From Tubulanus polymorphus (taxonomy: Eukaryota; Animalia; Nemertea), in the NCBI RefSeq assembly GCF_964204645.1, contig NC_134035.1, forward strand, positions 2,418,001 to 2,482,000: a DNA stretch of 64,000 nt. Direction: 5' to 3'. Shown piece by piece: positions 13,200-27,700 of the stretch. The notes below the pieces were generated by a model. The model was not told where the DNA came from. It made no database searches and saw only the letters and a list, made by a program, of their open reading frames with translations. Each line of letters begins with the position of its first letter. Positions within the stretch are counted from its first letter, which is position 1. Both the position numbers and the translations under genes were made by a program.

Positions 13200-16100
13200 G
13201 TATGTTAACCGTAAGCCTCGTGCACGTAGTATAAACAATTTCACGTTACTGGTACCTTAGATTTTGCCAGACACAAACCTTAACTCTTAACTTTGATTTC
13301 CAACAAACTGAAAGGACAGAGTCTACTATTAATTACACTACGGTAAAAAATACATGAGGTTGTATTTTAGCTACGGTCAAAGGTTCACAATTAAGACTCA
13401 TGCCCAAAGCATACAACACTGGAAACACGGAAACAGAAGACAGAAGCATGTTTCAGAGAAATTCCCTGTTTCGTGTGCATTTGTACGAGAAATGAGAAAC
13501 ATGTTTTCCGGAACTAGGTCTAGCATCTACAGTATCTGGTGGAGTCTGGTATCTGCCCAGCTGGCCGTCTTTAGAACTGCCGGCTAGACTGGGTCTTGCT
13601 CCTTCCTTCCGCGTGAATTAACCGCTAATGTTGTGTCTGTATTATTGATATGAGCGGAGTAAATTTACTGTGCTGTATTGGTCTACGACCATCGACGGAA
13701 ATCGGATGACTGTGCAATTATGCGGGCAATCGAATACCGCCATCGTCGCTGTCTAAGTGGGGGCCATTTGCGTGCGTACAATATATGATTTCATTGCTCG
13801 TAGAAAATGTACTCAGTTCAACGCATAGGTTGATTATTATGATCAAGCATCAATATTCATAATATTATTACCCCTAGCAGTAGTGACATCGGCATAATTA
13901 CCCCTAGTCCATAACCTTGTATATCAGTCATCTCTTCCTGTAGAGAAGTGATATTGGTATTATTACCACTAGCCTATATCTGTTACTGTATATCAGTCAT
14001 CTCTTCCTGTAGAGAAGTGATATTGGTATTATTACCACTAGCCTATATCTGTAACTGTGTATCAGTCATCTCTCCCTGGAGAGAAGTGATATTGGTATTA
14101 TAACCCCTAGCCTATATCTGTAACTGTGTATCAGTCATCTCTCTCAGAGGCAATGAGAATATGCATCTTGCCCAGGGACACAATGCCACAGTACGGGGCT
14201 TGAACCCACAACCTTGCATTAACCACTCGCCCACACCACTCCTCAATGACGCAAAATGATTTTTGTTTGAAACGTAAATAATCAATAACATCTTTTAGCT
14301 GCATTTTTATCCGACGATATGCGAAGGGGATGTTCAAATGGGATTGTATTACCCGGCTTACTGAGGTGGTTAAGCTTCTTGCATAAATTCCAGTCGATAA
14401 AAAAGTTCCGTCAAATCGTTTCAGAGCAATTTGTCAACTAGCGCCATGGATCAGTCGAGTATGTTTCGAATAGAAATGTGACGATTTCCTCGGTACGGCC
14501 TCTTTTTTAAAGTCTCCGAATGACAGTCTGCAAACAGTCTTAAGAGTTTCCGGCGGATTAAGGCTTATAGCGGCGTACAGACAACATTACCATATTGACA
14601 CGGTATACAGCGAATTAGGTGCACATCAGGTGAAATCAATGTCACTTAGATTTTAAAGGATACGGCCGCGCTATTTTTCAACGTATCGGTATTTACTCAA
14701 ATCAGGATACGGCTTTATTTACGAATTAATCTCATTTTTAAAGTAAATCTATTTTAGTCGATATTCACTAAGTTTCCTATCACTTATTAACTCAGTGATT
14801 AGTGACGCTATTAGCCCCTACAATCGACCTCTAACGTTTCAAACACCTTTCCTTCAAACCGATCCTGATACTCTGGCGCTAATTTGCTACTTACCTTGGG
14901 AATCAGGAAAAAGTCAGGGAATTTTCTTCTCTCTGAAAAAAGTCCGGGAAATTATGTAAGAAAGCTAAAAATCAGGGAGAAGCCATTGAATGTTGTTGAG
15001 ATAATTTCCGTCTTTGTTTTACGTAGTTGTCTGTGATAATTGGATTTGTCTGGGAAATCGACTTGTTTGTCAAGAGTATTGACAAAAGGAAAATAAATAA
15101 AAGTGGCCACCATGTAAAGTATCACATTCACTGCGATAATCATTCTTCGTCCAAAATTGCCAATATGAGTTATCTGTTGAAGATTGTTTACACTGCCAGC
15201 CGATCGGGGAACTGCGTCATTTCGAAGTAGATGTGGAAAGTATGATCAGTGAAAGTGCCACTGGCAGAACCGGAAGTTCAGGATAGGTCGCAGTGGCGAC
15301 AATAACAAGTTAAGTGCTCACTGCCTTCAATTACAAGTGTCACCTTTGATGACTTGTATGAGAAGATAGCGCATAGAAATAAGGCTGCCTCGCTGTAGCG
15401 ATATCAGAGACAGCACTGATGGAAGTTTGACAGGGTTGTAAGCTGCACTGTTATTGAATGATAGATGACAGGGTTGTAAGCCGTGCTGTTATTGGATGAT
15501 AAATGACAGGGTTGTAAGCCGTGCTGTTATTGGTTGATAGATGACAGGGTTGTAAGCCGTGCCATTATTGGATGATAGATGACAGGGTTGTAAGCCACGT
15601 TTTTATTGGTTGATAGATTACAGGGTTTATAAACTGTGGTTGGTTGATAAATGACAGGGTTGTAAGCCGCGCCGTTATTGGATGATAGATGACAGGGTTG
15701 TAAGCCGTGCTGTTATTGGTAGATAGATGACAGGGTTGTAAGCCGTGCTGTTATTGGTAGATAGATGACAGGGTTGTAAGCCGTGCTGTTATTGGTTGAT
15801 AGATGACAGGGTTGTAAGCCGTGCCATTATTGGATGATAGATGACAGGGTTGTAAGCCACGTTTTTATTGGTTGATAGATTACAGGGTTTATAAACTGTG
15901 CTGTTATTGGTTGATAAATGACACGGTGGTGTATGAGATTACTGTTAGCGAGTGATGAATTAGTGATCGTTCAGTTGGTATTTCTTTCATCGCGTCTGCG
16001 TTCGATTCCTCCCACGATTAATCGAGAATGACTTCCCAGAACCCGGCGACGATCCATCACTTAACATCACCAATGCGCGCAGGAGAGTCTCTTTACTCAT

Positions 16101-18679
16101 TTTACAGTGAATTAAGGAAATTGAACTTGACTATTTGACGCCCTATTGCTGTCTTTTTATACGCGGGACAAAAGATCGTCGTAGCTGCTTGAGCTTTTTA
16201 GTTTATCTAGCTGATGCTCACATTACTCAGTAAATGAGATGACTTTTTGAATGCTTTTTTTCTGATGAGGACCTCACATATGTATAAATATACTACTGAG
16301 ATGTGCCAGTCGTATCGCTTAAGACTATTGCATCGCAGTTCGACGTGCATTTATTGGATCTGGTATATACCAGGGGTGGATCTAGGAAAAATTGGAAGTG
16401 AGATACAAAAGAATAAATAAGAAGGGTAATTTCCGACCGGACGAGTGTCAAATTCGCAGAGTGGCGATCGCTGCATTGACAAGAAGGGCAATGTCAAAAG
16501 TAAGGCAAAGGTCTAGACCTCACAACCCGATGTATATTCCAAAACTATTCAGGTTGGCCATTTATTGGAAATCAGGGAAAAGTCATGGAGATTTCTTTTC
16601 GTTAGTCAGGGAATAGTCAGGGATTTTTTTGAAAAAAAAAGCTAAAAATAAGGGAAATTTGTTGACATTTCTAGATCACACATGATCAAGTAGTTTCCAT
16701 CTATGTCTTACACATTTGACTGCGCTTATTTATTGGATGCTTAGCAGATCGAGTCAGGGAAAATAATTTACAATGTCAGGAAATAGTCAAGGAAAAAACA
16801 AGTCGGATAGAATTGTTTGATATGTATACTCCAAACCTGTTACATGTATCAACTAACAGCCAAATAAGGACAATAATGCCCAAAGATCAACTTGTAAATT
16901 TATGTGGTGTATATTTTCTTCTCTATTTCAGAGCAGTCATTGGGTCGGTACGATCCTACTGAACACGTGTGAACTGATCGAACGGCCGTCGAAGAAAGAT
17001 GGATTCTGTTTTAAAGTGTTTCATCCGCTCGACCAATCAATCTGGGCGACTAAGGTACGTACGATTAACTCGCTGCACTCTCCCCTTACTCGCCGATACC
17101 TGACAAGGCTACTTACTGTGTGTACATAGCCCACAACCTGACTGAGCTTTCCATAGATGATTCACTATCTCGCAGAAAGTGATATACAGCAGGGTGGCGC
17201 CACTGTCTTGGAAAATTGGGGGAAGACTCCGGGAATTTGACAAATTTTACAAAACCTGGAAAACTCAGGGAATTCCGATAATGCTATTGATCAGGTGTTT
17301 CTTTGTCAGTACTTGATTCAATAAACAATGAATGAATTGTAGCATTTTAAACCTAAAACTCCTACATAGAGACACCAAGGTTGTCCGATCCGAATATAAG
17401 TTTCTAGTGACACACCGCACTGTGGTGTAGACGCACTAAAGCGATATGCCTGATATTCAACACACACAGGTTGATTTTTGGTTTACCTTTGTCAGCGATA
17501 TGAAGTTGGCATTGAGCCAATTCATGTAAAATCGCGGTACGTTTTTTTATGTGAGCATTTGTTTCATTGGTTCTCGGTTTAAACGACGTATAATCGATGC
17601 GATTGAAGACATGGCGAACCTCCGTCGATGACATGGTCAACTTTGTTAAAATTCTACGAAAAACTGTTTTTGGCGGGAAAATTCTTAGCTCTCGCGTATA
17701 AAATTGCAATGACCTCGATTGGGGGGCGTTGTCTCTACGAGCGAATGTGATTGGCTGTTTTTGGGATATACGGGGATTCCGGCGCTACTAAAATAATTAT
17801 GGGAAAGCCGGAATGGCGAACGTTTCATTGGACTAGGTGCCGTATACATGCAAATTTCAAATGCTCATTGCTGATGAGAATGTAATTATTATCCACCATA
17901 GGTAATGTTTCATTTTAATACCCGGAGATTGATTTGATTGACACTGAAGTACAAGCGAACATTCACTTACACAAGGCCTCCACGTGCGCGCGGAGTGCTA
18001 TAGACTGTTGCATACACAAACAGACGCTCGTACAGTATACACTACTATAGTGATACTGTAAACGCTGCTTGCTGGCGCGTCTGACATTTCATCAACAGAA
18101 GATGAGCGCTATGTTTTCTGTTTGATATAATTTATAATAAATTGTAATTTCTTGTGACCTGAAAATATTAAGCAGAAAACTACAAGTATAGGTCGAGGTC
18201 TGAATATTGTAGTAGTAAATTCCAGGATTTAAAACGATCTAATACGCCAATTTCTTACTGCGCCGGTTTAGATTCCGCGGCCATACATTGCAAGAGGTTT
18301 CCAAGACTAAATATTCAGCCACCCTCTGATATGTGACACCATGTGAATTTTGTTTGAATATTTTTTCATATTTTGAAAAATATTTCTTTGAACATATAAA
18401 ATAGTTTCCGTGCCGCGCCTACCTGTACCCTACGAAATGTATCTTTTTGGTCTTATTTGACAACAAAATAATTCTTTGAGAAAGATGAAATACAACATAG
18501 AACTTTGAAGTCACGAATTAAAAAGATTTTTCAAGCAATGCCATTACCCCAAACAACCTCTAGCTTTCAAGGTAAACCACACTTTGCCCATGGGCAATTT
18601 ATTTATAAAGATTTTCAAATCATCTTTCGGGTATCAATTAGCACTGAAAGGGTTTTAAGTTGCTTTCAGACAATAGAGA

Positions 18680-18718
<39 letters not shown>

Positions 18719-21700
18719 CGACGACTTTGAGACGCGGGATCAGTGACAGTTCCCCTCGACAATCAATCTCAATCCGTATAGAGACAAATATCCGATCGCG
18801 TTCGATCAATTTCGCCGTTTCCCTCTTCGAACCCGACTGAGATGACCTTACGCGACCTACATACATCGCTTTCGAGATTCCATCAATCATCTTTTACGAA
18901 GCTATTGACGCCGGTATTGATTTCGTTTCGATGGATTGATTTGCGTTCCACTCTCGGCGACTGTGCAGTACTTCGTCTGCTGAGCGGTTCATTTAGAAGT
19001 CACTGCTGCTGATTGAAGTTCTCTATTATTGCTCGTGTAATTCGCCTCCGTGATTCGAATCATAACGCGACTTGGTCTGAAACGACGACGATGTTTACAA
19101 ATCTGCGAATTGCAGACGTTTTTAAACGTTCAACGACGTCGTTCAATCGACTTCTGCAGCCACCTAATCAACGATAAACGAGTTGACGAGAAAATCAACA
19201 ATTGTGAAGAGAAAAAGAAGAAAGTAGTGACGTTTAGACTCAATCCTTTCTCAAAACTTAGAGAGTAGTGACGTTTAGACTCAATTCTATGAGACATTTC
19301 CAAAACTCTTGACTCTCTTAGTTTTGAAAAGGACTCGTTGAATTGAGTCTAAACGTCACTACTCTCTTAGTTTTGAGAAAGGATTGAGTCTAAACGACAC
19401 TACTCTCTAAGTTTTGAGAAAGGATTGAGTCTTAACGTCACTACTCTCTTAGTTTTTCCTTCGTAATTGTTTTTTCTTCAATTGAATTGTTGACAGTAGC
19501 TTTTCTACTAAAACCAAACATGTTGACAACTAGATTTTGAGTTTTTTCCGTATCTCCAAACGTGGTTTCGTTATGTCCACATTTCGCAACATGATTTTGT
19601 AATAAATTCATTCTTTTTGTTTCAGGGACCAAAAGGAGAAACAATCGGAGCCCTGACACAACCACTGCCTTATTCCTACCTCATATTCCGAGCTCCTTCA
19701 GAGGCTGCAGGTAAATTATCCAAGTTATCGAGTTGCTTAATCAGGGTATTCAGGAGTTCATTGGACAAACATCATCTTTGTCTTAGTCCTTCCTTTTGAC
19801 GAAAAAGTCCTTCCAAATTTTATTTCAATGTATTTCCTTTTGGGTCTAGAATTGCTTCGTAGTACTTCTTTCTGTCCTGGTCTTACCACTGGAAACCATG
19901 TTTTTGAATGCATTCATTTTTTTAAGAGTCAGTAATTCAAAAGTTGATTATAGTTAATCATGGAGCACCTGAACTATGAAATATCTCGGAGTCAGCAATG
20001 AATACTCACGCGCTAATATCTTCGCATCGTTTTTTTCTTTTTCGAATGCAGGTAAATGTTGGATGGATGCTTTAGAGTTGGCGTTACGATGTTCGAGTTT
20101 GTTAATACGTTCCATGACAAAAGACAAAGATCAAACGGCGATGATGCAATCAGTCGACACGTCGCTGCTCGAATCTCCGTCGTTCCTCGCCGGGAAGGTC
20201 GAGAATCTCAATGAAAGCGACTGTGAACGTCATTTCAAAGACGTAATAGGTAATGTTTTATTTCATCTACGCGTTTCTGGATTAGGATTTCACTCTTCGC
20301 AGTGTGATGAATGGATTTAACAGTACTATACCAGTTTGCACAGTCATGAAGTTCTTTCTATTATATTGGTTATAGAACCATTAGAGCTTACACTGGTCTT
20401 AAGTTGCTATATTGGCTTAAGAACCACAATGATCTTTGACTGGTCTTAAGTTATCAAATTGGCTGTAGAAACAAAGTGTTCTAAGACTGGTCCTAAGTTG
20501 GTAGATTGGCTTTAGATCCACAATGAGCTTTGACTGGTCTTAAGTTGTTAGATTGGTTACATAACCACTATGATCTTAGACTGGTCCTAAGTTGTTAGAT
20601 TGGCTGTAGAACCACAATGAACTTAGACTGGTCTTAAGTTGTTAGATTGGTTATAGAACCACTATGATCTTTAGAGTGGTCTAAAGTTGTTAGATTGGTT
20701 ACATAACCACTATGATCTTAGACTGGTCCTAAGTTGTTAGATTGGCTGTAGAACCACAATGAGCTTAGACTGGTCTTAAGTTGTTAGATTGGTTATAGAA
20801 CTACTATGATCTTTAGAGTGGTCTAAAGTTGTTAGATTGGTTACATAACCACTATGATCTTAGACTGGTCCTAAGTTGTTAGATTGGCTGTAGAACCACA
20901 ATGAGCTTAGACTGGTCTTAAGTTGTGAAATTTGTTATAGAACCTGAATGCGCTTTGGTCTTGGGTTAACTTTCAGATATCGGCTCGATTTATACAATTC
21001 TATAGAGCGTCCTCTAGGGGGATATGAGATCCTCCATCTTATAATGGCAAAATCTGTAATTTCTTATATCCTGTTGGGATAATTTCATTTCAATTTTTAG
21101 TATCTCAACGAAGGGATATTGGCAAAATCAAGCAATACTAACCAATCAATTTCTATTTCTTCACAGGCGAGGACTATAAAACGGATCGCGACGAGAATAA
21201 AAGCGACAAAACGGACTCAGAGTCGGAACCGTCGGAAGACGACGAGATTTTCGACGATAATCTGCAACCGTTGGAGACGCCGTACGAGGAGAACACGCTC
21301 GAGGAGCTGGGTACGCCGGGCGACGCTTGTCAAACAGAGGAGGTCGCCGAGGAGAATAAAAGTCTCATTTGGATGCTAGTCAAACAGGTGAACATCTCGA
21401 GTTATAATAACTACAAAACTGGTTTCTGAATAATAGGACTGACAAGTTATGTTGAATATAGAACTGAAACGAGCTTGGATTGGTGTTTTGAAAATGGCTC
21501 ATAGTCGAAACGTCACTGTACTCACAATCTTCATTTCATACGGTTAAGCTTAGATTCCTGAGCTGAAAGTTGAAATCTTCATTTCATACGGTTAAGCTTA
21601 GATTCCTGAGCTGAAAGTTGAAATATTTACTGGGCTAGCTTATAGCTGGATTGGTTGAGATAACAACTGTCTTGTCCTTCCTACTGACACTCTTCAGACC

Positions 21701-24700
21701 ACAGGGAAAGTTCTGCTTTTACCGGGAAAACACAGGGAAATCCCGGGATATGGAAGATGAGGGATTGTGGTCACCCTGTCACATTTTTTCTTCAATATTG
21801 TGGGTTTTCCTTCGTTTGAAATACTGATACAGTGACTTGTCAGTGGAATCCGAGACTTAAAACTTGTCCTAATTTTTTAGATTGTCTATAGAGACATGCA
21901 TATATGAGTGTAGTATCAGAGCATTTTGAAGGTGTTGTTTTTGGTATTGGGAAATATCTTACATCGATAACATATCAGATACTGATGAACGGGAAACTTA
22001 TTCTCTTTGTCAGTCTTTGAAGCACGAGACCAGATCATAAAATGATAATTTTGTCCATCTTTTTTTTTTTCAGGTTCGTCCCGGAATGGACTTGTCTAAA
22101 GTGGTGCTGCCGACGTTTATATTGGAGCCGCGATCGTTCTTGGATAAACTATCCGACTATTATTACCACGCCGATCTCTTAGCCGAGTAAGTTTCGAATT
22201 TGAAACGAGTTCGAAATCCGACAAAAACGTCGAAGTGGTCGTTATATCTGGTCTTTCACTTGATCGCATCTAAGATATCGACGTCTGCATTTCGAATTCT
22301 TTTGAATCAATTAAAACTGTTATATTTTAGCGTCACCTTTGTATTTGTACATGAAAACTCGCTCAAGTCGTCATCAGAAAAGTAGTCGTCACGTTGCTTC
22401 GGTCGTCTCTATTTTTGAGTCCTAATGTGCATTTCCTATTTGATTTAGACTCGTAAAGGAGCCGTGTTAACCGGGTGTAGAATAATTGACGAGACGAGTA
22501 GTACTATATAGGGAAATAATCCCACGATGCGGTGAACGTATCTAAAATGTTTTTAAAAGAAATTAGAGATATTTCGGGCGGTTGCGACCACCCTTCTATC
22601 TAAAAGTAATGTATAGGTTGCACGAGCTGCTACTAATGTATAGTAGCTTCACCCGATGAAGCTACTATACATTAGTAGCGAAAGCTCGTGCGTCTAATAA
22701 AATAGTTAAACTATAAAGTACTATTCTGTCTGGTTGTAATCATTGCTATCTATCTAATACTACTAGTAGCGAAACTAGTTTGACACTAGTAGAGAACTAC
22801 TAGCAGAGAAAGCTCATACTTCAAATAAACTAGTCGAACCTATAAAGTACTATTCGTCTATTTCTATCTTGTTAACTTGTTTATAGACGCACGAGCTTTC
22901 GCTACTAATGTATAGTAGCCTCATCGGGTGAATGAGAGATAAAGCTTCTTTACATTAGTAGCGAAAGCTCGTGCGTCTAATAAACCAGTTAACCTATATA
23001 TAGTACTGCTCGTCTTGTTACTTTTATTCCTATTCAATTTACTATTTGTAAATCATCATTGGATAGGTTTTCGATGTAACGATGATCTTCCCCAGCTATG
23101 ACGACCTAAGCGAGTTTGCCTGTATTTCCATTTTATTTTTTTTTTCGTAAAAATCCGAAGCCAATTTGAAATAAAAAGGTAAAACTGCAACAACAACGAC
23201 AACAAAGCTGATATGTCTTGTGTATTATCTGTAAACTCCTGGGTATACACAGAAAATTACTTAAACAACGATGATACCGTTCTCTTGTAATACGGGGAAT
23301 CAAAAGTTTAGATGCCGCCTAACGAATAAATAGTCTTCGGTATGTAGAGAGAATCCCACAATTATAACGAAAAAGTCCGAAAATGAAACTTCAAGTAGTT
23401 TATTTCAACGTTTCGACTATATCCTAATAGTCATCTTCAGGAATAATTTTCATTTTCAGACTTTTTCGTTATTATTGTGGGATTCTCTCTACATCGCGTC
23501 AACACGGATTTAGTGTTCTATCAATCGTGATAGTCTTCGGTATTTTCCTTGTTACTCATTTACAGTTGTTTAGACCTGAGTAGTACTAAGGGCAGGTAAT
23601 TAACCCTTGCATGACTGAGGCGACGAGGGTCACGTATTTACTCGGAGAGTTCTTTTCTCTCGAAAAAAAAAAAAACTGAAAACTAATCTCGCTGTGTGTT
23701 TCGAGACAGGCTGGTGTATCAGGGGCGGATCAAGATGACGTGCTCCCGTCGTAACTTTCCCTCGCACTTTGAAAAACAATGGCAATTTTTCTACCCTAGC
23801 CTCTAATTGAGCAGCAGTCAACTGTAGCTTTCAACCTCTTTTAACCCTTTCATTGCTGACTTATTAATACCCTGAAATGCTGAAGATTATTTGAAAATTT
23901 TCAAAAATTCTGCCTCAGTGTGGTATATCACAGACATACAGTGCGTCTACACTGTGGTGCGGTGTATCATTACTTACCTACTACTATTTCGTCATGTTAG
24001 ACCATGATGGTGCTACCATCTTTCAATAGGGATGAAATTAATTATTGATAATATTAAAACCTCGCGGTGCGGTGTATTAGCAAAATCCATCACTGATTTA
24101 TACACCACACTGTGGTGTTGATGTACTGAAAGGCTTAATATCACTGAAGTGCCCAGAAATAGCATTAAAATGTACTGAAATTTCAAAATTTTCCAAACCC
24201 ATTTTGGCTTTGCACGCGCTCGCTCTACATGGACACTTGGCCCTTTTTCAGTATCATACCCTTTTCGAGTCTTTGCGCCCCGTGTCAAACTCTGCCCCAG
24301 AATCCGCCCCTGTGTTTTGTTTCTTGTTTTTCGTTGTGTAATGTTCTCGCTTCAGGCTCGCATGGGTTTTACGTGTCTGTCACACTGTCCACGCGTACGC
24401 AAATTGATAAAAAATTTAACACTCCCAAGAAAAGAATTAAACTAAATCTACGCTAATTATAGATATTCAAACCGCATAGGTTTTTATACGTTATCCCGGG
24501 TTGGTTGGTTAGCATGCGCATTGTTGGATGATGTTTTGTCGATAGGAATTCTGCTGCAACTAATGTCCCGAACAACTTGGCACCACTCACTGCGAAGAAA
24601 ACTTTTCTAACGTAACATACCTACCTCAAACAGTAACTCGAATTCCATTCTATCGCTCCCCGGTTTGATAAACACTCTTATAACTCAATGCCGTACGATG

Positions 24701-27700
24701 TAAGTACTATGAGAACAAGCATGAAACGTGTTTCCGTGTGGAAAGAGTTGAAGAGTCTATTGAAGAGTCTACAGAACGTATGGAACCCTGTAATTTGTCA
24801 ATATTCAAGCATATGAACTATCAATTGAGCATTCGAATCCCATTACGAGTTCTGAAATTTGAAATTGAAGTATGATGATAGATATATTCGTTGAAAAGCA
24901 GTTTGCAGTAGTTTTATACGTTTGTATATGTTCTAAACTTTGCTTTCTCTACATCGAAATTCGTATAGAGTGGTTCAAGTCATCCTAGTTAACGTGATCA
25001 TTGTGTCGATGTATCCCAATGACGACTTACAATTTGTAAATTGAATTAGAAATACAAATTGGAACTTATCTATGTGATGACGATTTTAGAGTTAAACTAT
25101 AGTCGATAACTTAAATTTCAATTACTTCAAATGATTCATTTGGATCGTGAATTTAGATTTATGAAACAAAACGATTTATTCAGATATTCGATCATTTTTC
25201 AGAGCCGTTAAAGAAGAAAACCCGTTCACGCGAATGAAGCAAGTCGTGCGTTGGTATCTGTCCGGATTCTACAAGAAGCCGAAAGGTTTGAAGAAGCCGT
25301 ACAACCCGATATTGGGAGAAACATTCCGCTGTTACTGGAAGAGTCCAAAAACCGGTAGCAGAACGTTTTACGTCGCCGAGCAGGTTCGTACTGGGGCTGC
25401 AGTTGCTCAAAGGTTGGTTAGAGTCAACCAGTTGATAGTTGACAGAGTAACAATTAAAACTTCATCGTTACTATGGTACCTATCCGCTGGTCAGCTTTAA
25501 CCAACTTTTGAGCAATTTACCGCTGTTTATTGTTGCAGTGTAGTTTCTGTTTTATTGATCAGTTTTAACCCCTTGAGGGCGCCAATTTATTTTCAATTAT
25601 TCAGGGGTTTTGGATATCGACCACGTGTTTCTTTATCAGTACGTGATTCTATGAAAAATGAATGAATTGTAGAATTTTCCTAGCGATTTCTCTGATTCGC
25701 TCAGGGATTTTGTCTAATCACATGGAAAAATCAGGGGATATTTGTTATTGCGCGGAAAGTGGCCGCCCTGCTTGTGGTGGTTATTTTACTTTGTCTGGAC
25801 CTACTTTTTCACTGTTATATGATCTGTACGAGTATATGTTCCTATTCGTAGATCTCTCATCATCCTCCGGTCTCCGCATTTCACATTACCAACCGCAAGG
25901 ACGGCTACTGCGTGAACGGCAGTATACTGGCCAAGTCGAAATTCTACGGGAACTCGTTGTCGGCGATACTGGACGGCGCGGCGCGTCTGTCGTTCCTGAA
26001 ACGCGGCGAGGACTACCTGATCACGATGCCGTACGCGCACTGCAAGGGAATCCTCATCGGTACGCTGTCGATGGAATACGGCGGCAAGATATTCATCGAC
26101 TGCGAGAAAACCGGCTACAAAGCTGAACTGGAGTTCAAATTAAAGGTGCGCGTCTTTTTACGAAAACAGACTTAACGAAGAATGAGCTAGAATATATTGA
26201 AATGAAAATGCCACATAATAGTATAATCTTCCTCTTACTTGTTTCGACTTGAACGCATGTCTTGGAACTACTGCAACAGAATATCTATTAATTTCCAAGG
26301 AGTCTAATGTATTAAGAACTCCAAGTAAAATTGTATTTGCTATAAGGATAAGATCCGAAGACTCATTATTGAGAAAACCTATTTGTAAACTATGATATGA
26401 TCTGAAAATATCTCAGATGTCACCGCAGAGGGAATTGTTAAACTGGCCCTATGAAGGAAAGGCTGAAAGCCAGTTTCTGGCTCAAATCCTCGATGACTGC
26501 TAAATACATGTAGTATGATTACAATGATAAACCATAGAAACAACTGAAAATTAGGACAAGTTTGCTGTTTCATTATCAAGTTTCGACTGAACAAACTAAA
26601 TTTCCTAAGATTAAAGAATATGTTTGCTGTTTGTGTCTGACCGTTAGTTCTCTTATGTATTTCAGCCGTTTTTAGGGGCCGGCGAACATGCAAATAAAAT
26701 ATCCGGTAAGATCAAACTCGGTTCGGAGACGCTTGCCACGCTCGACGGACACTGGGATGCCGAAGTGTTCATCAAAGACAAAATGACCGGGGTATGTGAT
26801 ATCCTTTCAAATCGAACATCCATCAAACTTGTTTCATTCTTGCATCGTAAAGATCATCTTTTTTTGGCTACGTTTTCGCGAGTAAGTAACGTATTCATTG
26901 TTATATTCAGGAGAGTCAGTTATTTTGGAATCCGTCTGCTGAAGTGAGGGCCAGTCGTCTGAAACGTTACACCGTACCGTTAGAGACACAACACGAACAC
27001 GAATCGCAAAGGTAAAAAAAAGACCAGGGTCCAGTTCCGCAGTTCCGAATTAAGATTTAACTCTGAGTTAACTCATTGAAAATGAACTAACTTTAACTCG
27101 GAATTAACTCAAACTCACAACTGTGGAACTGGGTGCAGTCGTCTCCATTCCATCAAAAATTCATAGAGTCTTAATGAATTTCTGATTCCCTTTGTAAGCC
27201 GCTTATACATGTAGAAATAGACCAATTGAATATACAGTAAATTCTGCTGAACGCTGCAGCATTTTGGGACTTTTGAGACTATAGAGATTTGAATGACTCG
27301 AGAATCGTATCGTATTGGGCTATGATAAAGGCATCCTTCTACTGTTTTGAGCAGTACTCAGAAACCTAGACTTGATCTGCCCCTGATACACTTCAATTTA
27401 ATTCAAACTTTATTCAGTTAAAACGTATTGAACGCTTGTGCCCGACATAAAATTTACGAATGGTTGAAACGAAAAAGAACAAAACACATGAGGGTCACAA
27501 ACTTACTCTCAGGGTTACCGCAGCCGTTATCAACATTGTTTAACAATAATAAAATATAATGCAATACAATAATATCGGTGTCGGAAACATTTCGTTCTTG
27601 TTTTCTACGTGTATTCGTTGTTTGCAGGTTATGGATACACGTATCGGATGCAATAAGTCGATCGGACAACGACGAAGCGACCAACGAGAAATCGATACTC

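Noticed and set aside
15428-15925. Regular 38-bp repeats superficially like a CRISPR array
   Set aside because: Contiguous tandem units with no unique spacers, eukaryotic intron context and no cas genes
18720-19222. CpG-rich intronic patch as an internal OSBPL8 promoter or exon
   Set aside because: No convincing donor or frame-compatible ORF found
21101-21166. Upstream alternative acceptor for the OSBPL8 exon at 21167
   Set aside because: Introduces an in-frame TAA in the required phase
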